The position numbers and the translations under genes are program-made. This document shows, in pieces, positions 41,536-55,604 of a stretch of DNA of 64,000 bases. The notes under the pieces are model-generated. The model made no database searches, was not told where the DNA came from, and saw only the letters and a list, made by a program, of their open reading frames with translations. The stretch's first letter is position 1; each line of letters opens with the position of its first letter. This DNA comes from Eledone cirrhosa (taxonomy: Eukaryota): NCBI GenBank assembly GCA_964016885.1, contig OZ024741.1:120776001-120840000 (forward strand), read 5' to 3'.

Positions 41536-43684
41536 AGGATTGCCAGGCAATGCGTCAAGGAAAACCGTGATATTGTCGGGGAGAAGTGTGTACTTAACGA
41601 ATAAATGGGAGAAAGACAGTCTCCCCCATATCGACCCAATAGAGGGACCAGCAGTGTTAGTCGAGGGGAGTATAATAAGTAAGGCAATCAAGGATATGAA
41701 GACGGGTAAGGCGGCTGGGCCTTCGGAAATAGTTGCTGAGATGCTGAAGGCATCTGGCACGGTGGGACACACCATGGTCACCCGCATAGTTAACCAAGTC
41801 GTACAGAATGGGGTTGTTCCGAAGGACTGGCATAGCAGCATCATCGTTAACTGTTATAAGGGTAAAGGAGACGCCCTAGATAGGAGTAACTATAGAGGCA
41901 TTAAATTAATCGACCAGGTCATGAAGGTCACGGAAAAAGTAATAGCGCAACTAATCAGAGAGAGAATTGACCTAGATGAAATGCAGTTCGGGTTTGTGTT
42001 AGGCAAAAGCACCACAGACGCCCTTTTCATAGTACGACAACTACAGGAGAAGTACCTAGCTAAAGGTAGACCCCTCTACTTAGCTTTTGTCGACCTGGAG
42101 AAAGCCTTCGACAGAGTCCCCCGCTCCATTATCTGGTGGGCTCTTAGAAAACTAGGCGTTGACGAATGGCTTGTGAGGGCTATACAAGCCATGTATAAAG
42201 AAACAGTCAGTAAGGTTAGAATTAACAACGAATATAGTGAAGAGTTTAGCGTAAAAGTTGGCGTCCATCAGGGCTCTGTTCTCAGCCCCCTACTATTTAT
42301 TATTGCCCTTCAGGCTATAACAGAGGAGTTCAAGACAGGCTGCCCATGGGAACTCCTATACGCAGACGACCTGACACTCATAGCGGAATCAATGGCCGAG
42401 CTAGAGAAGAAATTCCAAACATGGAAGCACGGCCTAGAGTCAAAAGGACTTAAAATTAACCTGGCTAAGACCAAAGTTCTAGTTTGTAGGAAAGAAAACA
42501 AGGCGGCGGTCCCTTCTGGGAAATGGCCATGCTCAGTGTGTAGGAAAGGCGTAGGTAGAAACTCCATTTTATCTCCTAAATGCAAAGTATGGGTGCATAA
42601 AAGATGTAGTGGGATCACAGGTAAGCTAACTAAGAACATAGATTTTACATGTGGCCGGTGTTCTGGTGCAATAAGTAGCAGCAAGTGCCCACAAAATACT
42701 AGCTCTTTCAATTGCGCAGAGGGTTCTATAGAAATAGTGGACAGCTTCCGTTACCTGGGCGATAAAATCAGCAGTGGGGGAGGGTGCTCTGAAAGTACTG
42801 TAGCTAGAGTCAGAACTGGTTGGAAAAAGTTCAGAGAGCTTATACCACTATTAGCTGCTAAAGGGTTCTCCCTAAAAATGAAAGGCAGGTTGTACGATGC
42901 CTGCATACGAACAGCAATGTTGCATGGTAGTGAGACCTGGGCATTGTGTGCAGAGGATATACGCAGACTAGAGAGGAACGAAGCTTGCATGCTCCGCTGG
43001 ATGTGTAACAGTAATATACGTGAACGGCAAAGCATAAACGAACTAAGGAAAAAATTAGAGATAAGAGGGATCAGATGTTGTTTACTCGAGAGAAGGCTGC
43101 GTTGGTATGGACACGTGATGCGCATGAAAGTCGATAGCTGTATAACAAAGTGCAGGGCAATAAAGATAGACGGTAGCCACGGAATAGGCAGACCTAGAAA
43201 AACATGGGATGAGCTGATAAACTCCGACCTCACACACTTACACCTCTCCAAGACAATGTCACTGGACCGAGACCTTTGGCGGTACTCAGTAACAGAGAAG
43301 ACCCGCCTTGCCAGTAGGCATCTCTAACAAACTACACCCCGTCCCGCCACCACCCCCACCCCATCCACACCACCCCGTTCTATGTAAAGTTATGTTGGTG
43401 CCGCGCCATCCAGGCCGAAACAAATGAGATCGTGTAGGTGTCACGACAAAAAAACACACAGTCCACACTGTAATGTGGCCGTGTAGGCAACACGGTAAAA
43501 ACCTCCCAGACCCACACTGTAAATGTGGTTGGTGTTAGGAAGGGCATCCAACTGTAGAAAACCTGCCAGACAGTCCTATGCGAGCAAGACAATCACTCTT
43601 GCCTCAAGTGGGACTACCCCCGTCCAAAACCCATGCAAGCGTGGAACACGGACGTTAAACGTTGATGATGATGATGATGATGAT
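41536..43684 (+). mobile_element. RTE family A (A2), 5'-truncated, ~80-bp internal deletion near 41600
   Basis: Near-identical to 25563-27790; RT and PHD (one Cys>Ser); (TGA)n tail. Confidence 0.96.
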
Positions 43685-43841
43685 ATATATGTGTGTGTGT
43701 ATATATATATGTGTGTGTGCATATATATATATGTGTGTGTGTATATATATATGTGTGTGTGCATATATATATATATATACATGTGTATATATATATATAT
43801 ATATATGTGTGTAGATATATATATATGTGTGTATATATATA

Positions 43842-43872
<31 letters not shown>

Positions 43873-43879
43873 GTGTCTG

Positions 43880-43910
<31 letters not shown>

Positions 43911-43945
43911 GTGTCTGTATATATATATATGTATATATATATATA

Positions 43946-44034
<89 letters not shown>

Positions 44035-44091
44035 ATATATATATATATTTGTATATATATATATATATATATGTGTATATATATATATATA

Positions 44092-44130
<39 letters not shown>

Positions 44131-44399
44131 ATATATATATATATATATGTGTGTATATATATATATATATATGTGTGTGTATATATATATATATATATGT
44201 GTGTATATATATATATATATATGTGTGTATATATATATATATATATGTGTGTATATATATATATATATGTGTGTATATATATATATATATATGTGTGTAT
44301 ATATATATATATATATGTGTATATATATATATATATATGTGTATATATATATATATGTGTGTATATATATATATATGTGTGTATATATATATATATATA

Positions 44400-44444
<45 letters not shown>

Positions 44445-44512
44445 ATATATATATATAAATATGTGTGTGTATATATATATATATATGTGTGTGTATATAT
44501 ATATATATATAT

Positions 44513-44544
<32 letters not shown>

Positions 44545-44662
44545 GCATGTGTATATATGTATGCATGTGTATATATGCATCCATATCTACCTCTCTATAT
44601 ATATATATACACATATATGCATGTGTATATATGCATGCATATCTCTGTCTCTCTCTCTCTGT

Positions 44663-44697
<35 letters not shown>

Positions 44698-44720
44698 CAC
44701 ATACATATGTGTGTATGTAT
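43685..44720. repeat. 1-kb TA/TG microsatellite
   Basis: Direct inspection. Confidence 0.98.
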
Positions 44721-44802
44721 TTCTATGCTTTCCCTCTGCAGTTGACTTTATTACTGGCTGAAATTGGCGCTCAGCTACCCCCCCTCTCTCTCCATAGAGG
44801 TC

Positions 44803-44809
44803 ACTTCCG
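44803..44809 (+). promoter_or_regulatory. ETS-like motif ACTTCCG just upstream of a candidate first exon
   Basis: Motif lies ~30 bp before the ATG in a locally GC/CpG-richer unique patch. Confidence 0.35.
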
Positions 44810-44835
44810 TTTTCTAAAGCTCAAACTGGGTCATC

Positions 44836-44887
44836 ATGGCAGGACTTGCCGATGTACGGGTCGAAGAGAGTTTACGGATAAAAATCG
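44836..44887 (+). CDS. Probable first coding exon of an unidentified host gene ([17 protein letters not shown], phase 1)
   Basis: Kozak-like ATCATGGCA, consensus donor G|GTGAGT at 44888, non-repetitive sequence followed by intron-like DNA. Confidence 0.6.
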
Positions 44888-45970
44888 GTGAGTATGTGAG
44901 AGAATGTTCGAATGTTCATTTGTCTTTTACTTCAGTTGTTCAGCTTTTGACCTGTTTGTCCGTTCTTATTGTCCGAAACTTGTTGTTATTTCAATATAAA
45001 CAGAAAAAAACTCTCGCCCAAAATATCATAATCATGTGCGGGCCGAAAACGGAGCAACAGAGAAAAAGAGAGAGAAGGTGATAGAGAGTGACAGAAATAG
45101 AGAGACAGATCCAGAATATTATAGAGAGAAAGAGTGACAGACACACAGAAGGATGCAGAGAGAGAGATAGAGAGAAACATAATTTAACAGAGTAATAGAG
45201 GCAGATAGACATACAGAGTGATATAGAGAAAGAGATGGTGAGAGAATTTGAGAGGGGGATGAAAAAAAAATTACTTGACGTAAACAACACACTATTGCGA
45301 AAAAAGAAAGGAATAGGGGGTTGCCTTGCTTTAATTTATATAATTCTTGCCTTTTTCTCTCTATCTATTATTTTCCCAGCTTTCCTTATTTTTATTTTGC
45401 GACTCTTTAAATATTATATCATATATTATTATTTTTGCTTCTACAGACAGACTTAACATGGTCTATTTATTTCTTTATTTATATATGTATTATTGTTTTA
45501 TTGCTCCGTCTTTTCAAATAAGTCAAACTGTTGCTTCTCCGGTGTTGACGTTGTTTATCTCCCACCATGGGGTCGTGTAGTCGTTTGTTAATGTTTTGTT
45601 CGACAATCTATTTGTCTGTTTATTTCTCTCTGTCACTCTTTATATTCATCTATTTCTCTCTTACTGTATATTTATCTGTCTTTCATACTGTGTATACATT
45701 TGTCACTCATTTTTTTGCCAGTAGATTTCTTCTCTCTCTACATTGTCTCTAGCCTCTATCTCTCTGTTTAGTTTATCACTCTCTCTTTTTCATCCTTCCT
45801 CTCTTATATATGTATATATATGTATTTATTTTCATCGTATTACCCCCCCCCCCCCTCTGTCTCCTTCCCTCCCTCTTACGTCGATGCTTACGTTATTTTA
45901 CTGACAAGACTTTTTGTTTAAAGTTTGGTTAACTGATAATATTTAATAGTACTGTAACATTTAACGATGT

Positions 45971-46008
<38 letters not shown>

Positions 46009-46349
46009 TATATTATATATATACACATATATATATATTAACAGTACTGTAACATTTAATGATGTCAATATACGTATATCTGTCATGTATGTATATATGA
46101 GAGGGTGAAAGATAGTTCACTATTTGATATAAGAATACCGGTTCTTACACGTTTAAAATGCACCAATAACACACATATATACATAAAATTCTCGTACATT
46201 ACTTCATAAAATCGTATGCATGTATGTCTATGTGTGTTAAATACGTGCTTAATATGAGCGTGTATAAAATAATGAAATTATTGCGTTAGTGCTTAATAGA
46301 ACTGTACATGTCTATATGTGTTAAATATCTACTTAATATCAGTATTATG

Positions 46350-46404
<55 letters not shown>

Positions 46405-47751
46405 GCTTAATACGAACGTATATATGTATTTTTTGTGTGCATGTTAGTGTCTGAAACATCATGCATGCGGTCGCGAGTTAGACTGGTTAAACCCAATATT
46501 TAGAGTAGTTAGATCGGCCTTTCTAAATGCATTTTGAAATTGTCTGAGGGGTGGGGGAGAGAAAAAAAGGCATTTATTATTTTGGCTCTCCGACATTTAG
46601 AAATTTCATCGTAATGCCATTCATTACAAAACAAACGAAAGCACACACCACACACACTCACAGGAGAAACGTGTGTATTTATGCATACATATATCAACAG
46701 TTTGACTTATTTATGCATTACCAGTGGTTTCATAGACGTAAACACGTCTAATTCCTTCAGATGCGTTTATTTAAATCATGTTGATTGCTGCTCTTATCTT
46801 TTGTGCCTACACTTGTGTGTGTGTATATATATATATATAGTGTGTATATATATATAGTGTATGTGTGTAAGAGACAGAGAGGGAATGTTGTGTGTACACA
46901 TGTGTGCAAATCTACAAGTGCACTCATGCTTTATGTGCGCACTTATGCACGTGTCATACGGCTTAGACACACACACACACACTCTCACACACGTTTAAAC
47001 TGAAACTGTTGACCTGTGTACGAGTTTTAATCCCCAACATCACTAATGTATCTCTCTGTCTCTACTTTATATATGTGTGTGTGTGTGTGTAACAAGAAAC
47101 TTTAGGGAGAGCTTAACTCATACACATATATATATAAGCAAAGAGATATTTAATTTGTTGGTTATTCAACAAATTTATTTATAACAGATTCGAAGCACTC
47201 CACACATTTCTTCTGGAGTATGATATCAATTATATTAATACATGGAAACTATCTTTATAAAACCATATTTATTTTATTATATATATTTCAAGGGTATATG
47301 TATATATATACACACACAAATATATAGTTTGGTATGTGCTGTTTAGCCCCAGGCCAGTCCTTTTCGAGCAGACCTATTCATAAAAGACGTTCCAGTCGTG
47401 ATCATCTATCCCAACGCGTCATTTCTGTTTTGTTTTTTTAATTCTGTTTAAGACTATGATGATAGGAAGGACTTTGGCTGCTATTTCTAACAGCTCGACC
47501 GACCTCATAGACGCTTCCTCGTTGGCTCCTATATGTTGTGTTGTTTGATGTAGGCTTTCGAGCGTAAAAGTATTCAGTTGAAGAATATGTCATTTTTTTC
47601 CCAAGGATTTCTAAAAGAACCTTCACCACTGTATTTTAGGCCTGAAATATATATCTTTGAAATAAAAATTCCTCTCTTTCTCTTGCACACATATGTACAA
47701 ACGCACACACAAACTTCTCATTTTTAGAAGTAGTGATTCATTTAATGATTT

Positions 47752-48436
47752 TGTGTTTTTTCGGGATATAAGACGCACCAGTGTATAAGACGTAATCTTC
47801 TTATTGAACAAAAAGTTTTTTTTTAAATAAGAAAAGTACCAATATTGATGCATATATTTAAATATATAGTTATACACCGACGTCAGCTTTGCCTCCCATC
47901 CTCCCAGAGATAGAATAAAGTACCAGTCAGCATTTCTGGTTGAATTAATCGATCTTCCCAAAAATTGCTGGGTTTGTGTCTAAATTAGAAACCATTATTA
48001 TTATTATTAGGGCGGTGAATTGGCAGAATCGCTAGAGCGTCGGACAATATGCTCTGCAGTATAGAGTTGCGGCACTTTACATTCTGAGTTCAAATCACGG
48101 CGATTATCGGGGTCGATAAAATAAAGTACCAGTAACGCACTAGGTTCGATTTAATCGACGTCCCCATTTTCCTTCGAATTGCTGGCCTTGTGCCAAAAGT
48201 AGAAACAATTATTTGTTCCGTCTTGCTACGTTCTGAGTTCAAATCACGAGGACGTCAAGTGATACGGTCATTTAATCGACTTTCCTTTCAATTTGCTGAC
48301 CTTGTGCTTAAATTAGAAACCTTGTTCTTCATATTATCATTAAATTTATACCTTCGGTGTATTGGGCGCAGGCGAATTCTGACGTCACGTTTTTGGAATA
48401 ACAAAGTGGGTCTCATACACCGAAAAAAAACACGAT
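47752..48436. mobile_element. pogo/Tigger-like MITE remnant with nested SINE fragments
   Basis: GTGTTTTTTCGGGATATAAGACGCAC ... GTGGGTCTCATACACCGAAAAAAAACACG ends; SINE pieces 47875-48320. Confidence 0.55.
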
Positions 48437-50194
48437 ACTAACACATATATATGTTTCCTCTTCATTTCCTGCAAATATTTTACCAGCTTTTCTTTCTTCT
48501 CTCTTTTTTATTTATTTATCAAATCACACTATTCACACCCACATTGTACACTTTTCTCTCCCTTAAACACACACACATTCTCGTCCCTCTATATATGCGT
48601 GTGCTATTTATCTGCAGACTAGTTGCTGTCCGATTCTGTCTTTGAAAAAAAGAAGTCTTATTCACTCGCTGTCTGTCCCAAGGCTTATATTGTTTTCTAT
48701 TTTCTAAATTTATGCTAAATAGATTCTTAAATCATTCTTACTTACACACACATATATATATATAATGGTTTACGCAGAGGTACCGACAGAGGCCACAGTC
48801 AAATAAGGTACTTAATACATTAAGCAGAGAGGGTTAATAATTTATATTAGAAGGAAATGCCTCATACAGGATTAGTACTGTTTCTTTCGGTTGAATTCAA
48901 CCGAATAAGACTATGCTAGTCCTGTTCAAGAAATTTCTTTCTTTTTTGTGTGATATGCTATATATATATATATGTATTCGTGTGTGGGTTATTAAAACTA
49001 GTGTGACCATTATTCCACGTAGTATCCTCTCAAATACATATATAAAAACTCAACTACCATTCATCTATCTTTCGAGTGCCTCCTCTTTATCTATTTCTAC
49101 ACAAATGCGCAACCATATATGAATCTATAACTGTAGGAAACAGAACAAGACTCGTAAGAGTCTTCTTCTTTCCTGGTACACACACACAGTGGTCTGTCTC
49201 TAGTCAGACGTTAACATTTACTTCTCTCAACAGACATTCGGTTTGTCTGTCTGCCTGTCTCAATACCTATCTATCTATAGGTACATGTGTGTTATGTATG
49301 TGCTTGTAAGTTAGCCAAGGAAAGAGGGGCTGTATACACATGCACACATATAGGCATGGATATATATATATATACCAATATATTATATATACATGTGTAT
49401 GATAATATTTACATGTTATGTTTCACAACACATTTCATATATAATATAATATAAAATCACCTACATTTATTTCATCCTTCTATCTCATAATTGGCCAGCA
49501 ATTATCCAGTACATTACTGGTACTTTATTTTATCGACCCCGTAAGGATGAAAGGCAAAGTTAACCTCATCTCATAATGAAACAAAGCATCTGGTTATTTG
49601 GCCTGTTAGAAATAGCAGCCAAATCTTCCCCAACTCCCACCTAATAACGTCATAAAAATGCATACGAGGATAACAATGTCAACAGGGATATTATACCAAT
49701 CATGGGCGATAGCCACGGCTATATTGTCGTTTTTCTTAGTCGATTTCAAGTTAAACAATAATCTATTCCCAAACACAGGATGTAGGGCGATTTTAAAAAC
49801 AATCTAGATCTTCGTTTCAATTACCTACAAGTGAGTAATTCAAACTTGTATACAAGCTAACGAGGAAAGCTCTACACTGTTCCCCAAACCACAAGAAATA
49901 GCAACTAAATCTCCCCTAAAATATATTCTACCGTCTTTAAAAAGATGCACTCCGTAGGGATGGTCGTAGCTAGAGTGCTTTTGATCATAGAGAGTCTTCT
50001 CAGTTTGAGTTGACCTCGGGCTAAATAATGCTATCAACATCCCAACTTATATCTCAAACTTTTTACTTCCAAGGACCCCTATAATTTTAATTAAATTTCC
50101 CATGTATTCACTCGCCCCTGCCACTATCAGTCCCCTCCCAACGAGAATAACTATCGAAACAGCAAAATGTTTATACTTAGAGAAGAATGTACAC

Positions 50195-50385
50195 CAGACC
50201 TGTCAACTCTCCCCGTCCGACGAGATCACCCACCCACTTTAAGGTGGGTGAAAGATGTCTTCTCTTGTGAAAATGGGTATAGCTTTCATTATGTAAAATC
50301 TCCCCATTTGCCTCATTTTTCTCCGTTTTGGGGCACTTTTTTTCATGGTACTCTCCGTTTGGGTTTTTAGAGGTTGGCATGTCTG
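50195..50385. mobile_element. MITE with CAGAC TIRs and TGTACAC direct flanks
   Basis: CAGACCTGTCAAC / GTTGGCATGTCTG; TGTACAC at 50188-94 and 50386-92. Confidence 0.7.
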
Positions 50386-51391
50386 TGTACACCCAATAAT
50401 ATGTGTAGATTATGTTGTTTTTTTTAAGTACTTTAAATTTTGAATTTAGCTGACGGATCCTAGGCTAAACTGCTGTTATATAGGAATTACAGAGAATCCC
50501 CGGTGGACTATCGATGTTTTCAATGTCGTTTGCCGCCTGTATAATGGTTTCTGATTTAGGCACAAGGCCAACATTTTTGGGGAGGGGAAGTCGATTAAAT
50601 CGATCCCAGTGCGTTACTGGTGCTTTATTTTATCGACTCCGTAAAGATGAAAGGCAAAGCTTGTTTATTTTCTTGGCCACAGAAACGTTGATTGTCCACC
50701 ACCCTACTGCCTTCCTAACTGAAGTTTCTCAATATCTCTTCTTCCACACAACTTTTGTTTTATAACTCTCTGTCTACCCCTTCTCTCTTCTCACTAAGCC
50801 CCCCCCCCCCCATTTCACTCACTTTCTTCTACACATCCCGCCTTTTTGTAGTTACGTGAACATTTTGTTCTCAATAACATCAATACTGGTATCATTGACA
50901 ATACAGAAATAAGAAAATAAAAATATTTCGTCACATTCTTCACCGGATTCATTTCGCATGCTCTACTCTCTCTTTCTCTCTCATGTCGAAGATAAGACCT
51001 TAATCATAACCATAACAAACAACCTTAACAGATCATAACCTCTTACCCGAAACGAGCTCTAACCCACAACAAACTTTAACCTTCACCTTAATGAACCTTA
51101 ACCCTAACCCGATCTTGAGCACTCTTGCATTGAAGTTAATGCAAAGATTTCACACCACATAAATAAATTTAATCTGTTCTATGTTGAAGCCTGTTTATTA
51201 TATAAATCACAATAAATTTCTTGTATATGTTTTTTTCAATGAAAATGCATGATTAAACAAATAATTGAAATAAAATAGAATAAAGTCTCTCCCTCTTTCA
51301 TCCCCTCTCTCTGTGTGTTCATGCTGAATAACTCCACTACTACTACCACCACAAACAACACCATCACCCTATCCACCATTATATATATATA

Positions 51392-51499
51392 TACTGGTAC
51401 TTTATTTTATCGACCCCGTAAGGATGAAAGGCAAAGTTAACCCGCCGAGATTAACTTTGCCTTTCATCCTTACGGGGTCGATAAAATAATAGTACCAGT
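51392..51499. repeat. Palindrome of two head-to-head SINE 3' fragments
   Basis: ~49-bp arms (TTAACTTTGCCTTTCATCCTTACGGGGTCGATAAAATAA...GTACCAGTA), 10-nt spacer, (TA)n on both outer sides. Confidence 0.9.
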
Positions 51500-51510
51500 A
51501 ATGCACTGGA

Positions 51511-51548
<38 letters not shown>

Positions 51549-51549
51549 T

Positions 51550-52362
51550 TGTATGAACAGTAATGTTACATGGCAGTGAGACATGGGCATTGTGTGCAGA
51601 GGACTTGCACAGACTGGAAAGGAATGAAGCATGCATGCTCCGTTGGATGTGTAATAGTAATATACACGAATGGCAAAACATAAACGAACTAAGTGAGAAA
51701 TTAGGAATAAGAGGGATCAGATGCTGTTTACTTGAGAGAAGACTATGTTGGTGTGGTCATGTGATGCGCATGAAAGACGACAACTGTATAAAAAAGTGCA
51801 GGGAGATCAAAACTGATGGAAGTTACGGAGTAGGTAGACCCAGAAAAACCTGGGACGACATGATAAAATCCGACCTTGCACACTTACCCCCCTCTAAGAC
51901 AATGTCACTGGATCGAGATCTTTGGCGCCACGCAGTAATACAGAAGACCTGCCTTGCCTATGTGCAAAGTTAACCTACAGTCAGTAGGTACCTCTTAACC
52001 TAATATACACCCCAACCCACTACCTATACTCCATCCTTCCAATCCCACCAACACCTCCCTTTCTCTATAAAGTTATGTTGGTACCACAACATCCAGTCCA
52101 AACTAAAGAGGTCGTGCAGGTGTCATGACAAAAAAACACACAGTTCACGCTGTAATGTGGTCATGTAGGTAACACAGTGAAAAGCTCCCAGTCCACACTG
52201 TAAATGTGGTTGGTGTTAGGAGGGCATCCAGCCATAGAAAACCTGCCAGGTAGTCTTATACAAGTGAGACACGGTCACCCAATCGATCTTGCCTCAAGTG
52301 GGACAATTCCTGTCTAACCCATCCTAGCATCGAAGATAGACGTTAAACGACGATGATGATGA

Positions 52363-52366
<4 letters not shown>
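51550..52366 (+). mobile_element. Older RTE family A relative, 5'-truncated
   Basis: [10 protein letters not shown]...KTCLAYVQS; UTR; (TGA)n tail; TA both sides. Confidence 0.92.
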
Positions 52367-52456
<90 letters not shown>

Positions 52457-53164
52457 ATAACCAACTTATACTTAAAACAATTTTAATTCTACATATGTTT
52501 CAATGTATAGCGGACCATACCACAATATATACGAGGTGTCTGTCTGTCGCTCTACATATTTTCAGGAATTTATATATTGTTATAAGGTTCAAGAGTAATA
52601 CATACGAGAGATAACTTCATACCATATACCATCATCAGTGATTCATGAAAAAGAATACTTAATTATTGCTAGCAAAATGATATAAGCCCAGACAGTGTGG
52701 GTGAATGCTCTGTGGCCTGCAGAACTCCAGGTGCAAGCAACCCTATTCTCCCAGCAGAGAGAATGGAGAAAATGTTATCTGGAGGATGCATTCCATGTTC
52801 TTTCCATTGCTAAAACATCTTGGACAACAACTAGAGTTAATTTTTATTCAGGGTCTCATGTCATTAACCTTGTAAATTGTTCAATATATAATATATATAT
52901 GTGACTCTGAAGGTCGTTTGAATGCTCAATGGAATCCAGTATGATGAAAGCCTACTACAAAAATAAGAACTCTCATCACCTGATCTCGTTGGAATTATTA
53001 CTTCTGAGCTACATGGAGTTCTAACAATGTTATTGGCCCTACCATAGACAGGTAGATACCAGTGTACATTAATTACATAAAAAAATTTATCAAGATATGA
53101 AAGGATTTTAAAGTAAAGTGATTAATTCTTCTTTAAGAATAATGTATATTTACTTCATTAACAT

Positions 53165-53479
53165 TTTTTTTTTTGAGATAACCATTCCAACTCGTGGTAC
53201 TCACTCATCCAGTTGGCCATTACACCCCACCCTCTCCAATAGCAGTGAGTAGGGAGGTAGTACAGAGACCAAGAATGTTGGAAGTCACCACTGCTACACG
53301 TTCAATGACAAACTTGTCGGAAAGCAGCTGAGCCAATTCTTCAGTAGCTTGCGATCTTCAGCTTGTTGGGCAATGAAACCGAGGTCTCTCACCGAATGCA
53401 TCAAGTTACCATTGAAGATGTTGCTACATCATCACCATCAGTTAATGTTCATTTCCTAGCTAACAAAGTTGAGATGAGG

Positions 53480-53480
<1 letters not shown>
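53165..53480 (-). mobile_element. Degenerate CRE-like (restriction-like endonuclease) LINE 3' end
   Basis: Minus-strand GFIAQQAEDRK...KFVIERVAVVTSNILG...LLTAIG resembles REL C-terminus; A-tract follows. Confidence 0.45.
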
Positions 53481-53538
<58 letters not shown>

Positions 53539-53539
<1 letters not shown>

Positions 53540-55247
53540 CAGAAAGAGTTATAGCACAGCTGATTAGGGACCGGGTGAATATAGACGAGATGCAATTTGG
53601 GTTTGTACCAGGGAAAGGCACCACTGATGCCCTCTTCCTTGTGAGGCAATTACAGGAAAAGTACCTAGCTAAAAGTAAGCCACTCTACTTGGCATTTGTC
53701 GACCTTGAGAAAGCCTTTGACAGAGTTCCACGTGCAGTAATCTGGTGGGCTCTTAGAAAACTAGGAGTAGATGAATGGCTTGTGAAAGCGGTACAAGCCA
53801 TGTATAGGGGAGCAGTCAGCAAAGTTAGGATTGGCAATGAGTATAGCGAGGAATTTAGCGTACAGGTTGGGGTCCACCAGGGCTCTGTTCTTAGCCCTCT
53901 CCTGTTCATCATAGTCCTGCAGGCAATAACGGAGGAGTTTAAGACCGGATGCCCATGGGAACTCCTGTATGCTGATGACCTCGCACTCATAGCTGAATCT
54001 ATGGTAGAACTAGAGAATAAATTCCAAACCTGGAAGCAGGGACTAGAGAGAAAGGGCCTCAAAGTCAACATGACAAAGACTAAGGTCCTTATAAGTAGAC
54101 GAGAAAACAGAACCCAGATCCCCTCAGGGAAATGGCCTTGCTCAGTATGTAGGAAAGGTGTAGGTAGGAACTCCATTCTCTGCCCCAAATGCAAACAATG
54201 GGTACACAAGAGATGTAGCGGGATCTCAGGAAGCTTAATTAAGAATGTAGGATTCACATGCAGCAGCTGTGCTGAAACAGCAAGCAAACAGCCACAGGAA
54301 ACAAGTACCACCAATCTCTGGGAGGGCCCTGTAGAAACAGTAGACAGCTTCTGCTACCTAGGTGACCGAATTAGCAACGGAGGTGGGTGCTCAGAAAGTA
54401 CAATAACTAGGGTAAGAACGGGATGGAAGAAGTTTAGGGAACTACTACCACTGCTAGCTGCAAAAGGCTTCTCCCTCAGAATGAAAGGCAGACTGTATGA
54501 TGCGTGTATCCGAACAGCGATGTTGCATGGTAGTGAGACCTGGGCGCTGAAGGTGGAAGACTTACGTAGATTAGAGAGAAACGAAGCCTGCATGCTCCGA
54601 TGGATGTGTAACAGTAATATACGTGAACGACAAAGCATAAAGGAATTGAGAGAGAGACTGAGCATAAGAGGAATCAAATGCTGTGTGCAGGAGAGGCGGT
54701 TACGCTGGTATGGACATGTGATGCGTATGAAGGATGACAGCTGCATAAAAAGGTGCAGAGCACTAGAAGTTGATGGAAACCGCGGAGTGGGGAGACCCAA
54801 GATGACTTGGGATGAGGTGATAAAAGCCGACCTTACCCAACTACACCTCTCAAAGTCAATGACACATGACCGTGACTTCTGGCGTCACGCAGTAATACAG
54901 GGTACCCGACCTCCCATGGGTACATGCTGAAGCATATAAACAATATGCCCCCCCCCCCCCCCCACCGCAAGGTGGTTGTGGAGGTTGGAGGTGCCACGGC
55001 AAAAAAGCACCCAGCCCACACTGTAAAGTGGACGTGTAGGCGCCACGAAAAAGCACCCAGCACTCACTGTAAATGAGGTTGGTGTTAGGAAGGGCATCCA
55101 GCTGTAGAAATCAAGCCAGATCAGTTCCTGTATGAGCAAGGCATGGTCAGCCGACCAGACACTGCCCACAACAGGACAACCCGTCTAACCCATGCTAGCG
55201 TGGAAGAACGGACGTAAAACGGTGATGATGATGATGATGATGATGAT
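53539..55247 (+). mobile_element. RTE family B, 5'-truncated, intact RT-PHD frame to 54930
   Basis: ORF 53575-54930 with all downstream RT motifs; UTR; (TGA)n tail; (TA)n both sides. Confidence 0.96.
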
Positions 55248-55268
55248 ATATATATATATTTATATATA

Positions 55269-55304
<36 letters not shown>

Positions 55305-55570
55305 ATTATCATCGTCATTATCTACCTTCTGTAGGGTGGTGGATTGGCAGTATTGGTAGAGCATTGGACAACATGCTTTCTGGCATATGTCCCTTTATGT
55401 TCTGAGTTCAAATCCCATTGAGGTTAGCTTTGCCTTTCATTTTTATGAAGTCAATAAAATAAAGCACCAGTAATACACAGGGGTCAATTTAATCGACTTT
55501 CCCCTACCCCCAAATTGTTAGTCTTGTCCTAAATCAGAAACCATTATTTAACATTTGTTTTCCCTGCTAG

Positions 55571-55599
<29 letters not shown>

Positions 55600-55604
<5 letters not shown>

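Noticed and set aside
22078-44891. Many long Tyr/Ile/Cys/Val-rich ORFs (up to 871 aa)
   Set aside because: Translation of stop-free TA/TG microsatellites; not genes
50990-51115. Telomere-like CCTAAC repeats
   Set aside because: Too degenerate and short; only isolated CCCTAA-like units
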